Made by a program: the position numbers and the translations under genes. Below, in pieces: positions 55,287 through 64,000 of a stretch of 64,000 nt of DNA. This stretch comes from Bacteroidales bacterium (GTDB taxonomy: Bacteria; Bacteroidota; Bacteroidia; Bacteroidales; UBA932): NCBI GenBank assembly GCA_017615615.1, contig JAFZZW010000088.1, positions 395 through 64,394 on the forward strand. Direction: 5' to 3'. Position 1 is the stretch's first letter; each line of letters starts with the position of its first letter. The notes beneath the pieces were generated by a model. The model was given only the letters and a program-made list of their open reading frames with translations. It made no database searches and was not told where the DNA came from.

Positions 55287-58200
55287 TTACTTCTTTTTGA
55301 TGTATCTGGCGGAAGAAGAATTCCAGCGGGGATCTCCGATATCCGCAGACTTGAGCGTAGGATTGACGAGCTTGAGCTTGAATTCGGCGGAACCTGCGCA
55401 AGGATCCTCTGTCAGGATGCCGCCGCCGTTCGCGACAGCCGCGTCCTGGCTGATGGCTCCGGTGAAGAACTTCTCGCCGACGTTGTAGAACCAGTTGTCG
55501 CTCATGGCGGGCACCGTGGCGCCGGTCTTGGCAAGCAGGGAATTGTTGCCTATGTTGAGGAAGAGGTTCTTCTTGACGACATACCTGGAGGTGGCGTCAG
55601 CGAGAGAGCGGATCCACAGCAGGCCGTTGCCGGCGTCAACCGAGCATGCGGCGAAGGTGTTGTTCGTAATAGCGATGCTTCCTGCAATCTCCTTGTCGAC
55701 GCGGGCGAAATCGCGGCCGCCGTCATAGAAGGAGTTCTCGGAAATGTCGATTACGTCGTACACGCCCTTGCGGATGTCGATCATGCCCTGGCCGGTGCCG
55801 AAGCCGTGGACAAGGTTCTTGCGGAAGTCGAAGGATCCTACCTTGGAATCGGCTCCGTTGCCGTAGAACAGGCTCTTGTTGTAAGCGTTGAAGTCGCAGT
55901 TGGCGATCAGGATCCTCTCGAGCTGGGTGGCCTCTGCAATCTCGAAGGTATTGCCCAGGGCCTTTTCCGCGCCGTTGAAGCTGATGCCGGACACGACGAA
56001 GTCGGTGACTCCGACTCCGAGCTTGAACCCGCCGATTATTTCGACATGGCCGTTTCCGGTCAGGTAAACGGGAGCGGTCAGGTTGATGACGCCGCTCTCT
56101 GCGAGTTCGCGGAGGTCATAGGTGCCGGCCTTGAGGGTAATGCCCCTTTTGCCGGCGTCGAGAACGGTGGCAAGTTCTGTCACGTTGTTGACTGTAATCT
56201 CGCTGCTCACGGATCCTGCATTGGGGTTCCAGCGGGGAGCTCCGACTTCGGAAGCGATGCACAGGGCGCTTGTGAGCGTGTAGTCGCCGTTTGCGGAATC
56301 CTTTACGGGATCGTCGGCGAGTATGACGCCGCCGCCTGCAAGGGCAGCTTCCTGAGTGATTGCACCGCTCCAGAACTTCTCGGCCGTACAGTTGTAGAAG
56401 AAGTTCCTCGCAACCTCGCCCGGCACGGTGCAGCCGCTCTTGGCGAGCAGGTTGTTGGCGCCGTTCTCGTTGAGGAAGAGGTTGTTCTTGACGACGTAGC
56501 TCTCCGGAGTGGAACGGACATAGAGAACGCCGTTTCCGTTATTCAGGGTGACTCCGTCGAAGGTGTTGTTGGTGATGCTGATGGCAGAGATGACCTTGCC
56601 TGCATCGGCCCGTATGAAGTCACGTCCGCCTACGACCGTATTGCCGGAAACGGACACATATGTATACTCACCCTTGCGGATGTCGATGGTGCCCTGGCCT
56701 CCGCCGAGTCCGGAGAAAACGTTGTTGGAGAAGTATAAGGTCGAGAAGGAAGAACCCTCGCCGTTGCCGTAGAAGACGCTCTTGCCGACATTGTTGATGA
56801 CGCAGTTCCTGACTTGCAGGCGCTTCACCACGGATGCGGCGTTCACTTCGATGAAGTTGTTGGAACCGGCGGTTATGGTAAGGTTCTCGATCACTATGTT
56901 GCCGAGTTCGCCTTCAGCCAGGTTGAACTGGTTGACCTTGATGGCTGCGCCGGGTTCGCCGGTAAGTACCATACCGGCACCGAGGGTGATGACGGCTGCG
57001 GAGAGATCGTACTCGCCGGGGGCAAAGATGATATTGTTCTTGCCGGCATCGATGGCGGCCTGGAACTCATCCGCATTGGTTACGCGGAATCCTCCGGTTG
57101 TTACGATGGTGGAAGCGGGGTTCCACTTGGGAGCGCCGACCTGGGCGGCCATCACGACGCCGTTCGTCACGGTGAAGTCGTTGTTGGCGGCATCCTTGAC
57201 GGGATTGACGCTCAGGATGACGCCTTCGCCGCCGAGTGCGGTTTCCTTGTCCATCAGACCGGTGAAGAACACATCGTCGTTGCAGTCATAATAGTAGTTG
57301 CGGGACATCACGGGAACGCTGGCGCCGGCCTTTCCGATGGTCGTGCCGGAAGTCATGCCGAGCAGGAGGTTCCTCTCAACCCTGTAGATGGAAGGCGTCG
57401 CACGGACGTAGAAGATTCCGTTGCCGTTCTTGCTGGTGTTCAGGTTGTACATGGTGTTGTTCTTCACAATCACGCTGTTGAGTGAACACGTGGCGTCGAT
57501 ACGGAGGAAGTCGCGGCCGCCGGTGAGGGTGGAGTTCGCTATGGAGAACTGCTGGTATTTACCGTTGCGGAGGTCGAACATGCCCTGTCCCGTACCGTGG
57601 TCGTAAACTTCCACGCTGGAGAAAGTGATGTTGTCTATCTGGAACTTGTCCGCAGCGTTGGAAGCGTAGATGACGCTCTTGCTGAAGCCTCTGATCACGG
57701 TGCTGCTTACGGAGATGCTCTCTGCCGTTACGCCTTCGGTGCTGTCCAGGTCGATGAATACGCCCTGTGATGCTGCGTCAACCGTAATTCCCTTGATGGA
57801 GAAGTTACCGACTGCACCGCTGAGCTTGAAGGCACCCTTGACGACTGCTTTCCTGCTTCCCTGGAGTGCGAGCGGGGCGGTGACTGTCAGGAGTCCGCCG
57901 AGATCGTATTCGCCATCGGAGAGGGTGATGGCTTCCTTGCCGGCACCGATTGCGGAAAGCAGGCCGTCGATATCCTTGACGACGAGCTCCCCGGACTCTT
58001 CGCTGCCGCCCTTTGGCAGAACTGCGAAGGCGGCGACGCCGGCCTCGGACTGGGTATTGTAAATGTCGCTGGCAGCAGGGTTGGCGTAAACGGCCACGGT
58101 GTAGCTGCCCGCGTCGAGCATGGAGGTCGTCTTGGCCTCAATCACGTACTGCAGGCCGTCGGCGGCGTAGGTCTTGCCGTTGAATACGACGGAATAGCTG

Positions 58201-60425
58201 CCTGCGTTGTCCACTGCTTCCCAGCTGACGACCACGTCGGTGGCCTCACCTGCGGTGAATGAAGAAGGAGTCGCTACGGGTGCAGGAGCGGGCAGGGCGG
58301 TGTTGACCGCGCTGACGTCGGTGCTCCATGCGAGCTCGGCAAGCGCTACCTCGCCGGATGCATACACATACACCCAGCTGGGCTCGGAGATGTCGGAAAT
58401 GACGACTTTCTGCGCTGCGGGTGCGTCGGCCACGGGGGAGACGCCGCCCTTGACGATGAGATCTCCGCCCGCCAGGGGCTGTGTCGCGATGATCAGGTGT
58501 CCGGTGCCTTCGCCGGCCGCCCTTGCCACTACCGATCCGGGAGCGGCGACCTTGAATGCGATATACCCGTCTGCAGGAACCTGCTTGCGGTCGGTGACGG
58601 TGGCGCCGGCAAAGGCGAGCATCCCGTCAGCGGCCACGATGGGGTTGGCCTCGGATGCGGCTACGAGGAGGCCGTCGCGGACCATCTGCTTCTTGATGGT
58701 GCCGGACCAGTTGCGGGCGTTGCCCAGATCCCATACGTGAGCGCCTGTGATGACGCCCTGCGTAAGGTCTTCAGGCTCCTCCACATAAGGAGTCCACCAC
58801 TTGGGTGCGCCAACAGCCTTGCCTGCAATCTCGGAGTCGGGGTTGATGTTGAAATAGCCGCCCGCGGAGTTGAAGCAGGGATCGGCGGAGAGCATGTTGG
58901 CTCCTGCCTTGGCTGCCGGCCAGCTGTCGGTGAAATAGGTTTCGACTACGTCGTAGAACCAGTTGTTGAATGCGGATACGGACACGTCGTCGGCAGTCTT
59001 GTACTTGGCGTTGGCGCTGCCCAGGACGGCCTTCTCCACCATGTGGAGGAAGAGGTTGTTCTTGAAGGAAACGCTGCCGGGAACGATCTGCAGACCGAAG
59101 ATGCCGGCATTGTTGGTGTTGTCGACGAAGTTGAGGTTGCGGATGGTGTTGTTCTCGATCACGAGGGCTCCGATGGTTCCGGCGTCGATACGCAGGAATG
59201 TACGCATGCCCTGGGTGATGGTGTTGCCCACGAAGCTGAGGGAACCGATGGTCGTGGCCTGGCGGATGTCGAACACGTCGCCGCCTCCGGAGCCGTCGGC
59301 GTTGATCTTGGATATTTCGCAGCTGTCGTAGGTGACCTCGCCCAGAACCATAGCCTTGCCCCATTCGTAGATGATGCCCTTGCTGTAGTTCGTGATGACG
59401 CAGTTCCTGTAGGTGAGGTTGCCGATGTTCTTGTCGGCCACCGTGCCGCCGTTCTTGTTCTGGATTGCGAAACCGAATCCGGAAGGCGCTGCAGCCGTGG
59501 GAGCGCCGTTGAACTCCACCCCTTCGAAGTAGAGGTCGGTGCCTGCCCATGTGTCGGCGATCTGGAGTTCGCCGGCGAGGACGGGTTTGGCGCCGTCGGC
59601 AGTTTCTTCGCCGACGAGGGAGAAGCCTGCGGAGATGTCGAGCGTGCCGATGTCATAGGGAGAACCGGCCTGCATCAGACGGATCTTCGCGCCCTGGGTG
59701 GCCATGGCGTTCTTGAGTGCGTCGAGGGTGGAAACCTCGGTGAATCCCGTAACGTCAGGAGTGGTCCAGGCATCCACCTGACCGCGGCTGGCGCTGAGGT
59801 AATAAAGTGTGAAGGTGTACTCCATGGACGGGGCCAGACCGTCGATTACCGCCGCCGCCGCATCGATTTCCGCGGAGGTGAGCTCATGTTTGGCGGAGCC
59901 GTCGCCTCCGGTCATGCCGTATTCAATCCAGGTTACTTCCTTGTAATCGGAAACGTCCTTGGACCATGCGAGCGAGACGCTGGTGGCCTGCCGGTCGGTG
60001 ACCTTCATGAAAAGGTTGTCCTTTACCGCATAAGTCTTGAAGGACTTCTCGGCCACTGCGACGTGGGAGGGCTCCTTCTTCTCGTTGAAGGCCTGCACCG
60101 TGAACCAGTAGGTCTTGTCGGCGGTGAGTTTCTTCACGATGGGCACGTTCGCGGGCTCCACCCTTTCGGAGAAGTCCTTCTTGGTGCGCGCTTCGTCGGT
60201 GTAAACGGTCAGCTCGTAGTATTCGGCATCCTTGGCTACGTCCCAGGAGAAAGTCACCACGTCACCCAGAGTGCTGTTTACCTTGGCTTCAAGGTTCATG
60301 GGCTCCAGGCAGCGGGTCAGGTTCATCTGGTCCACTATATCGAGTTCGCGCTCGACGCAGGAGGCAAAAGCGACTCCGGCAAGCAGGACACAGACTGCGT
60401 ATTTGATAAGGTTTCTGAGTTTCAT
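55287..60425 (-). CDS. Very large surface glycan-binding lipoprotein (FN3 + four DUF4957/DUF5123-like beta-helix modules)
   Basis: FASC lipobox; repeats of G.G..D.R.G.Y...GGRDF.R.D...NNT ending G(A/D)P(K/R)W; directly downstream of susD. Confidence 0.85.
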   Translation of the reverse strand: MKLRNLIKYAVCVLLAGVAFASCVERELDIVDQMNLTRCLEPMNLEAKVNSTLGDVVTFSWDVAKDAEYYELTVYTDEARTKKDFSERVEPANVPIVKKLTADKTYWFTVQAFNEKKEPSHVAVAEKSFKTYAVKDNLFMKVTDRQATSVSLAWSKDVSDYKEVTWIEYGMTGGDGSAKHELTSAEIDAAAAVIDGLAPSMEYTFTLYYLSASRGQVDAWTTPDVTGFTEVSTLDALKNAMATQGAKIRLMQAGSPYDIGTLDISAGFSLVGEETADGAKPVLAGELQIADTWAGTDLYFEGVEFNGAPTAAAPSGFGFAIQNKNGGTVADKNIGNLTYRNCVITNYSKGIIYEWGKAMVLGEVTYDSCEISKINADGSGGGDVFDIRQATTIGSLSFVGNTITQGMRTFLRIDAGTIGALVIENNTIRNLNFVDNTNNAGIFGLQIVPGSVSFKNNLFLHMVEKAVLGSANAKYKTADDVSVSAFNNWFYDVVETYFTDSWPAAKAGANMLSADPCFNSAGGYFNINPDSEIAGKAVGAPKWWTPYVEEPEDLTQGVITGAHVWDLGNARNWSGTIKKQMVRDGLLVAASEANPIVAADGMLAFAGATVTDRKQVPADGYIAFKVAAPGSVVARAAGEGTGHLIIATQPLAGGDLIVKGGVSPVADAPAAQKVVISDISEPSWVYVYASGEVALAELAWSTDVSAVNTALPAPAPVATPSSFTAGEATDVVVSWEAVDNAGSYSVVFNGKTYAADGLQYVIEAKTTSMLDAGSYTVAVYANPAASDIYNTQSEAGVAAFAVLPKGGSEESGELVVKDIDGLLSAIGAGKEAITLSDGEYDLGGLLTVTAPLALQGSRKAVVKGAFKLSGAVGNFSIKGITVDAASQGVFIDLDSTEGVTAESISVSSTVIRGFSKSVIYASNAADKFQIDNITFSSVEVYDHGTGQGMFDLRNGKYQQFSIANSTLTGGRDFLRIDATCSLNSVIVKNNTMYNLNTSKNGNGIFYVRATPSIYRVERNLLLGMTSGTTIGKAGASVPVMSRNYYYDCNDDVFFTGLMDKETALGGEGVILSVNPVKDAANNDFTVTNGVVMAAQVGAPKWNPASTIVTTGGFRVTNADEFQAAIDAGKNNIIFAPGEYDLSAAVITLGAGMVLTGEPGAAIKVNQFNLAEGELGNIVIENLTITAGSNNFIEVNAASVVKRLQVRNCVINNVGKSVFYGNGEGSSFSTLYFSNNVFSGLGGGQGTIDIRKGEYTYVSVSGNTVVGGRDFIRADAGKVISAISITNNTFDGVTLNNGNGVLYVRSTPESYVVKNNLFLNENGANNLLAKSGCTVPGEVARNFFYNCTAEKFWSGAITQEAALAGGGVILADDPVKDSANGDYTLTSALCIASEVGAPRWNPNAGSVSSEITVNNVTELATVLDAGKRGITLKAGTYDLRELAESGVINLTAPVYLTGNGHVEIIGGFKLGVGVTDFVVSGISFNGAEKALGNTFEIAEATQLERILIANCDFNAYNKSLFYGNGADSKVGSFDFRKNLVHGFGTGQGMIDIRKGVYDVIDISENSFYDGGRDFARVDKEIAGSIAITNNTFAACSVDAGNGLLWIRSLADATSRYVVKKNLFLNIGNNSLLAKTGATVPAMSDNWFYNVGEKFFTGAISQDAAVANGGGILTEDPCAGSAEFKLKLVNPTLKSADIGDPRWNSSSARYIKKK

Positions 60426-60438
60426 AAGTCGTGACGGA

Positions 60439-62259
60439 TTAGAGGTTGTCATAACCGTAATCGTTCTTGATGTTGCCCTGGCTGTTGGTCATCGTGTCGA
60501 GGAAGATGGGCCAGAACATGTTCTGCTCAGGATTGCTGACGGTGTAGATACCGTCGATCCTTTCCGTGTAGAAACCGGTATTCTTGGCGTCGTCGTACTT
60601 GGTGACGTAGCCGGCAGACAACTCGGTGCCCGCAGGAGCCGGTTCTCCGGTTTTCAGGAAGGTGATATTGATGGATTTTCCGTCATCCGCGTAGGCGTAG
60701 CATATGTCGCCGCTCAAGCCGGCATAGGCTCCCTGGAGGTCGCGGAGGGCTTTCATGTCAGCCTTGGCGGCATCGAGCCTGGTCTTGAGGAGGTTCCAGC
60801 GGATAAGGTCTCCCTTGCGGAGGAATTCGCCGCAGAACTCGAGCGCACGCTCGTCCACGATGGCGTTGAAGAAAGCGTCCTTGGTGCCGAGGGTGGCTAC
60901 ATAGGCTTCGGCCGCATCCTCGCCGCATGCGCGGGCGCGGACTTCTTTGAGGTACTGCTTTGCGTCCGCGGGTCCGTTGAGTTCGTTCTCGATCTCGGCT
61001 GCCATGAGGAGGATGTCGGCGTAACGCATCACGACAGGCTTGATACCGTCGTCGTTACCGCCGGTGTAGGGCTGGGCGTCCATCCACTCGAAACGGTATT
61101 TGCCGAAGTACCATTTGCCGATGCCTGCGGGCTCGATGGCGTTTTCCTTCGTCCATTTGTAGTTGACGCAGGTGACGTCGCGCCTCTGGTCTCCGTCGGG
61201 ATACTTGAAGTAGACGGTGGGCACAGGGCCTGCATCGCCTCCGCGGGCTACGCCGTTGGAAATGCTCGCGCCCTCGGAAGCGATGGCGAAGGTGAAGTTC
61301 CAGCGGCCGCGTCCGGCTCCGAACGGAATGACGTACAGAGTCTCGTATGCGGGGCCTGCGGTAAGGTTGTTCATGTTGTTGAGATTGAACCACATCTGCC
61401 TGTAGTTCTGCTCGAGGGAAGCTTTGCCCACGGCGTCTTTCAGATAATCAAGCGCCTTGGGATAAAGGACGCTCTTCTGAAGCTCGGGGTCGTTGGTCAG
61501 GCGTACGGTACCGAGGTCTCCGGTGCCGATGGCGTCATCGTCGGGACGGATCGCATAACCTGAGGCTGCAAGGGCGATACGTGCGTAGAGGCCCTCGGCA
61601 AATACCTTGTTGACGCGGTCGGTGCGGGAAGTGGCGGCTGTGGCGCCGGGGTAAGGCAGGTTGGGTATCGCGTCGTCGAGATCTGCAAGAATCTGCTTGA
61701 AGATCACGTCGCGGCTTGCCTTGGGAGCATAAATGGTAGAGGAAGTGAGGGATTCGAAGCGGGCGGGAACGTCACCCCATGCCTTGATCAGGTCGTAGTA
61801 GATCATCGCCCTGAGTGTGAGAGCTTCTGCCAGCAGGTATGCCATGTCGCTCTTGTTCTGGGTGTCTCCGTACTGGCGGAGTCCTTCGATCACGAGGTTG
61901 GCACGTTCGATACCCATGTACATCGTGGGGAACGGACCGTTGGACAGGTTGAGCTGCGAGTTGTTTGGCTGGCAGTTGTATGCTGCGATGTCGGACTTGC
62001 CGTCGCCGGGCTTATGGGTGTTGTACCACTCTATATCCGTATTGAATCCGTACCAGGGGAGGAAACGTCCGCGGTAGGAGTTCACTTCGCAGAAGGACTC
62101 CGTGATACCGAATATGGTGCCCTCGGCGAGGTCGTAGTTGCTGAAAACGGTCTTTGCGTCGAAAGCCGACGGTGAAGACGAATCCAGGAACTTGTCGCAT
62201 GAAACTGCGGAGAAGCTGATCAGAGCCGCAGCAAGTATATATTTTACAAACTTTTTCAT
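60439..62259 (-). CDS. susD: SusD/RagB family lipoprotein
   Basis: AVSC lipobox; Y.GIERAN, EALTLRA..Y.DL..WGDVP, RYADILLM.AE, ERALEF.GE..RK.DLIRW. Confidence 0.95.
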   Translation of the reverse strand: MKKFVKYILAAALISFSAVSCDKFLDSSSPSAFDAKTVFSNYDLAEGTIFGITESFCEVNSYRGRFLPWYGFNTDIEWYNTHKPGDGKSDIAAYNCQPNNSQLNLSNGPFPTMYMGIERANLVIEGLRQYGDTQNKSDMAYLLAEALTLRAMIYYDLIKAWGDVPARFESLTSSTIYAPKASRDVIFKQILADLDDAIPNLPYPGATAATSRTDRVNKVFAEGLYARIALAASGYAIRPDDDAIGTGDLGTVRLTNDPELQKSVLYPKALDYLKDAVGKASLEQNYRQMWFNLNNMNNLTAGPAYETLYVIPFGAGRGRWNFTFAIASEGASISNGVARGGDAGPVPTVYFKYPDGDQRRDVTCVNYKWTKENAIEPAGIGKWYFGKYRFEWMDAQPYTGGNDDGIKPVVMRYADILLMAAEIENELNGPADAKQYLKEVRARACGEDAAEAYVATLGTKDAFFNAIVDERALEFCGEFLRKGDLIRWNLLKTRLDAAKADMKALRDLQGAYAGLSGDICYAYADDGKSINITFLKTGEPAPAGTELSAGYVTKYDDAKNTGFYTERIDGIYTVSNPEQNMFWPIFLDTMTNSQGNIKNDYGYDNL

Positions 62260-62270
62260 ATGCGTGCTGT

Positions 62271-64000
62271 TTACTTGACGATACATACTGCAACACGGTT
62301 GTTCTCGGGGGATGCGGATGCATCCTTGTCGGAACCTGTGCCGGCGGAAGTGATGCGGTCGGCGCTGATGCCTGCGCTCTGCAGCATGCGGGCGACGGCG
62401 TTTGCACGTTCGTCGGAGAGCGTCTGATTGATTTCGGCGGTTCCGGTCGCACTGTCGGCGTAACCCTTGATGACGATCCTGGCGTCGGGGTTGTCCTTGA
62501 GGATCTGGGCGATACGGCCAAGCTTGAAGGCCTCGTCGGGACGGAGCTCGGACTTGCCGATGAGGAAGAAGAGGTCTTCCTCGTATTCACCCTTCAGGGT
62601 GCTGACGGGTACTTCCACGCGCTTCTCGACGACTTTCTCGACGACTTTCTCGACGACCTTTTCAACTTCGACGACTTTCTCCACGACCTTCTCCTTCACA
62701 ACCTCCTTGGCGGCTTCCTTGGCGGCATTGGCCATGGCCGCCGTTGCGACGGTGGCTGCCGCTGCGGGTGCGGAAGCGGAAGTGCGCTTGCCGAAGCTGA
62801 GATTGAGTCCGGCTACGAAGCCGATGCTCTTGGGATATGCTGAATAATCCACGCCCGGGGTGAGGGGAGTGGCGCGGCGGGTATCGACCTCGGGGTCGTA
62901 ACCGCTGTACTTGGTGAGGCACAGCAGGTTGGTGCCGGTCACGTAGAAGCGGACCCGGCTCAGATTGACCTTTTCCGTAAGGTCTGCGGGCAGGGTGTAA
63001 CCGATGGTAGCGCTCTGCAGGCGGAGGAAAGAAGCGTCCTCGACGGCCCAGTCGCTGAAGATTGCCTGGCCGACGAGAGGAGACCACATGGTCTTGCCCT
63101 GGTTGACCTGCCTGAGGACCTCGGGATCGGTGATGAGCTCGCCGGTCTCCCAGTCTATGTTGGTCCAGCGCTTGTCGACATCCATCGCGTCGACCAGGTT
63201 GCGGTTGTAGAACTTGCGGGAGGATGTGAACTCGATCTTGTTGGCGTTGTAAACCTGGTTGCCTATCATGAAGTTGAAGTTGGCGCTGAAGTCGAGGCCC
63301 TTCCAGTAGCCGCTGAGGCCGAAGCCGCCGGTGAAATCGGGACTTGCATTGCCTATTATGGTGCGGTCGGCTACGGTGACCTTGCCGTCGGTGGTCCAGA
63401 CTTCGTTGCCTTCCTCGTCAACAGTCTTGACGTTCTTGGCGATGTCCTTGTACTTGGGTGCGCCCGGCATCATGTACTGCGCGCCGACGATGGCCGAGCA
63501 GTCGACGACACCGTCCTTGAGAACCCACTTGGAGCCGTTCCAGTCGAAATCGTCGACGGTGTACATGCCGTCCGAGATGAATCCGTACATGTTGCCGAGG
63601 GGCTGTCCGACTTCCACTATGTAGTCGTCTCCGATTTCAGTGGAGGCCCAGTATGACTGGGCTGTGATGCTGGGAAGGCCGCCCAGGTCGGTCACGCGGT
63701 TCTGGTTGTACGCGATGTTGCCGTTCAGGCTGAGGGAGAAGTCCTTCTTCTGGACGATGGGGGCGTTGAGCGTGAGCTCGACACCGCGGTTGCGTGTTGA
63801 ACCGAGGTTGCGGTATTGGCTGTCGTAGCCGGAGCCCGTGATGGGGAAGTTGATCAGGAGGTCCCTGGTGTCGTTCTGATAGACTTCGACGCTACCGCTG
63901 AGCCTTGACTGCCAGAGGCTGAAGTCGAGGCCGATGTTGTGGGTGTAGGAAGTTTCCCAGGTGAGGTCGGGATTGTTCATGATCTTGCCTGCCATCCAGT
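62271..64000 (-). CDS. susC: SusC TonB-dependent transporter (5' end outside window) fused to a C-terminal OmpA-like domain
   Basis: NPDLTWET, N.GVEL, VEDASFLRLQ...GYT, YSGYDPE, YP...GLNLSF; reads on for 173 aa including GYAD...N..LS..RA.AV and NRVA. Confidence 0.93.
   Translation of the reverse strand, partial: WMAGKIMNNPDLTWETSYTHNIGLDFSLWQSRLSGSVEVYQNDTRDLLINFPITGSGYDSQYRNLGSTRNRGVELTLNAPIVQKKDFSLSLNGNIAYNQNRVTDLGGLPSITAQSYWASTEIGDDYIVEVGQPLGNMYGFISDGMYTVDDFDWNGSKWVLKDGVVDCSAIVGAQYMMPGAPKYKDIAKNVKTVDEEGNEVWTTDGKVTVADRTIIGNASPDFTGGFGLSGYWKGLDFSANFNFMIGNQVYNANKIEFTSSRKFYNRNLVDAMDVDKRWTNIDWETGELITDPEVLRQVNQGKTMWSPLVGQAIFSDWAVEDASFLRLQSATIGYTLPADLTEKVNLSRVRFYVTGTNLLCLTKYSGYDPEVDTRRATPLTPGVDYSAYPKSIGFVAGLNLSFGKRTSASAPAAAATVATAAMANAAKEAAKEVVKEKVVEKVVEVEKVVEKVVEKVVEKRVEVPVSTLKGEYEEDLFFLIGKSELRPDEAFKLGRIAQILKDNPDARIVIKGYADSATGTAEINQTLSDERANAVARMLQSAGISADRITSAGTGSDKDASASPENNRVAVCIVK

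Noticed and set aside
53706-56738. 1010-aa plus-strand ORF (and other long antisense ORFs such as 7183-9387 and 58497-60434)
   Set aside because: Shadow frames opposite well-supported genes in GC-rich DNA; no recognisable motifs

Overview
High-GC Bacteroidales chromosome segment. Evidence for the taxon: TAnnTTTG promoters, the rseC-rnfBCDGEA order and SusC/SusD genes. A rumen or gut Cryptobacteroides/RC9-like organism is a guess. 1-13.5 kb is housekeeping: yraN, two M23 peptidases, MerR, zinc-ribbon protein, dnaB, Rnf complex, ispF, tRNA-Gln, SPFH and cyclophilin. 13.5-30.9 kb is accessory: a sigma54-type promoter with a candidate sRNA, a frameshifted YoeB/Phd TA pair, gene remnants, paired Ig-like lipoproteins and peptidases. 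30.9-64 kb is a large pectin/hexuronate locus: eda, kdgK, LacI, kduD, an orphan GatC-like permease, a KduI with signal peptide, CE8, exuT, uxaBAC, a fimbrillin-PL1 fusion, a giant SGBP, SusD and SusC. Standout observations: (1) a RAYT-like HUH nuclease with serpin and HTH cargo, bracketed by inverted 72-bp-period hairpin arrays, with a third array next to tRNA-Gln; (2) a SusC fused to a C-terminal OmpA-like peptidoglycan-binding domain; (3) two unannotated YxxP-type micro-peptides, each preceding a fimbrillin-like pectin-related lipoprotein; (4) a possible periplasmic KduI with a PTS-independent GatC-type uptake route; (5) several further palindromic repeat families, one apparently inserted in frame in uxaA. 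All family assignments come from motif recognition by eye; no searches were run.
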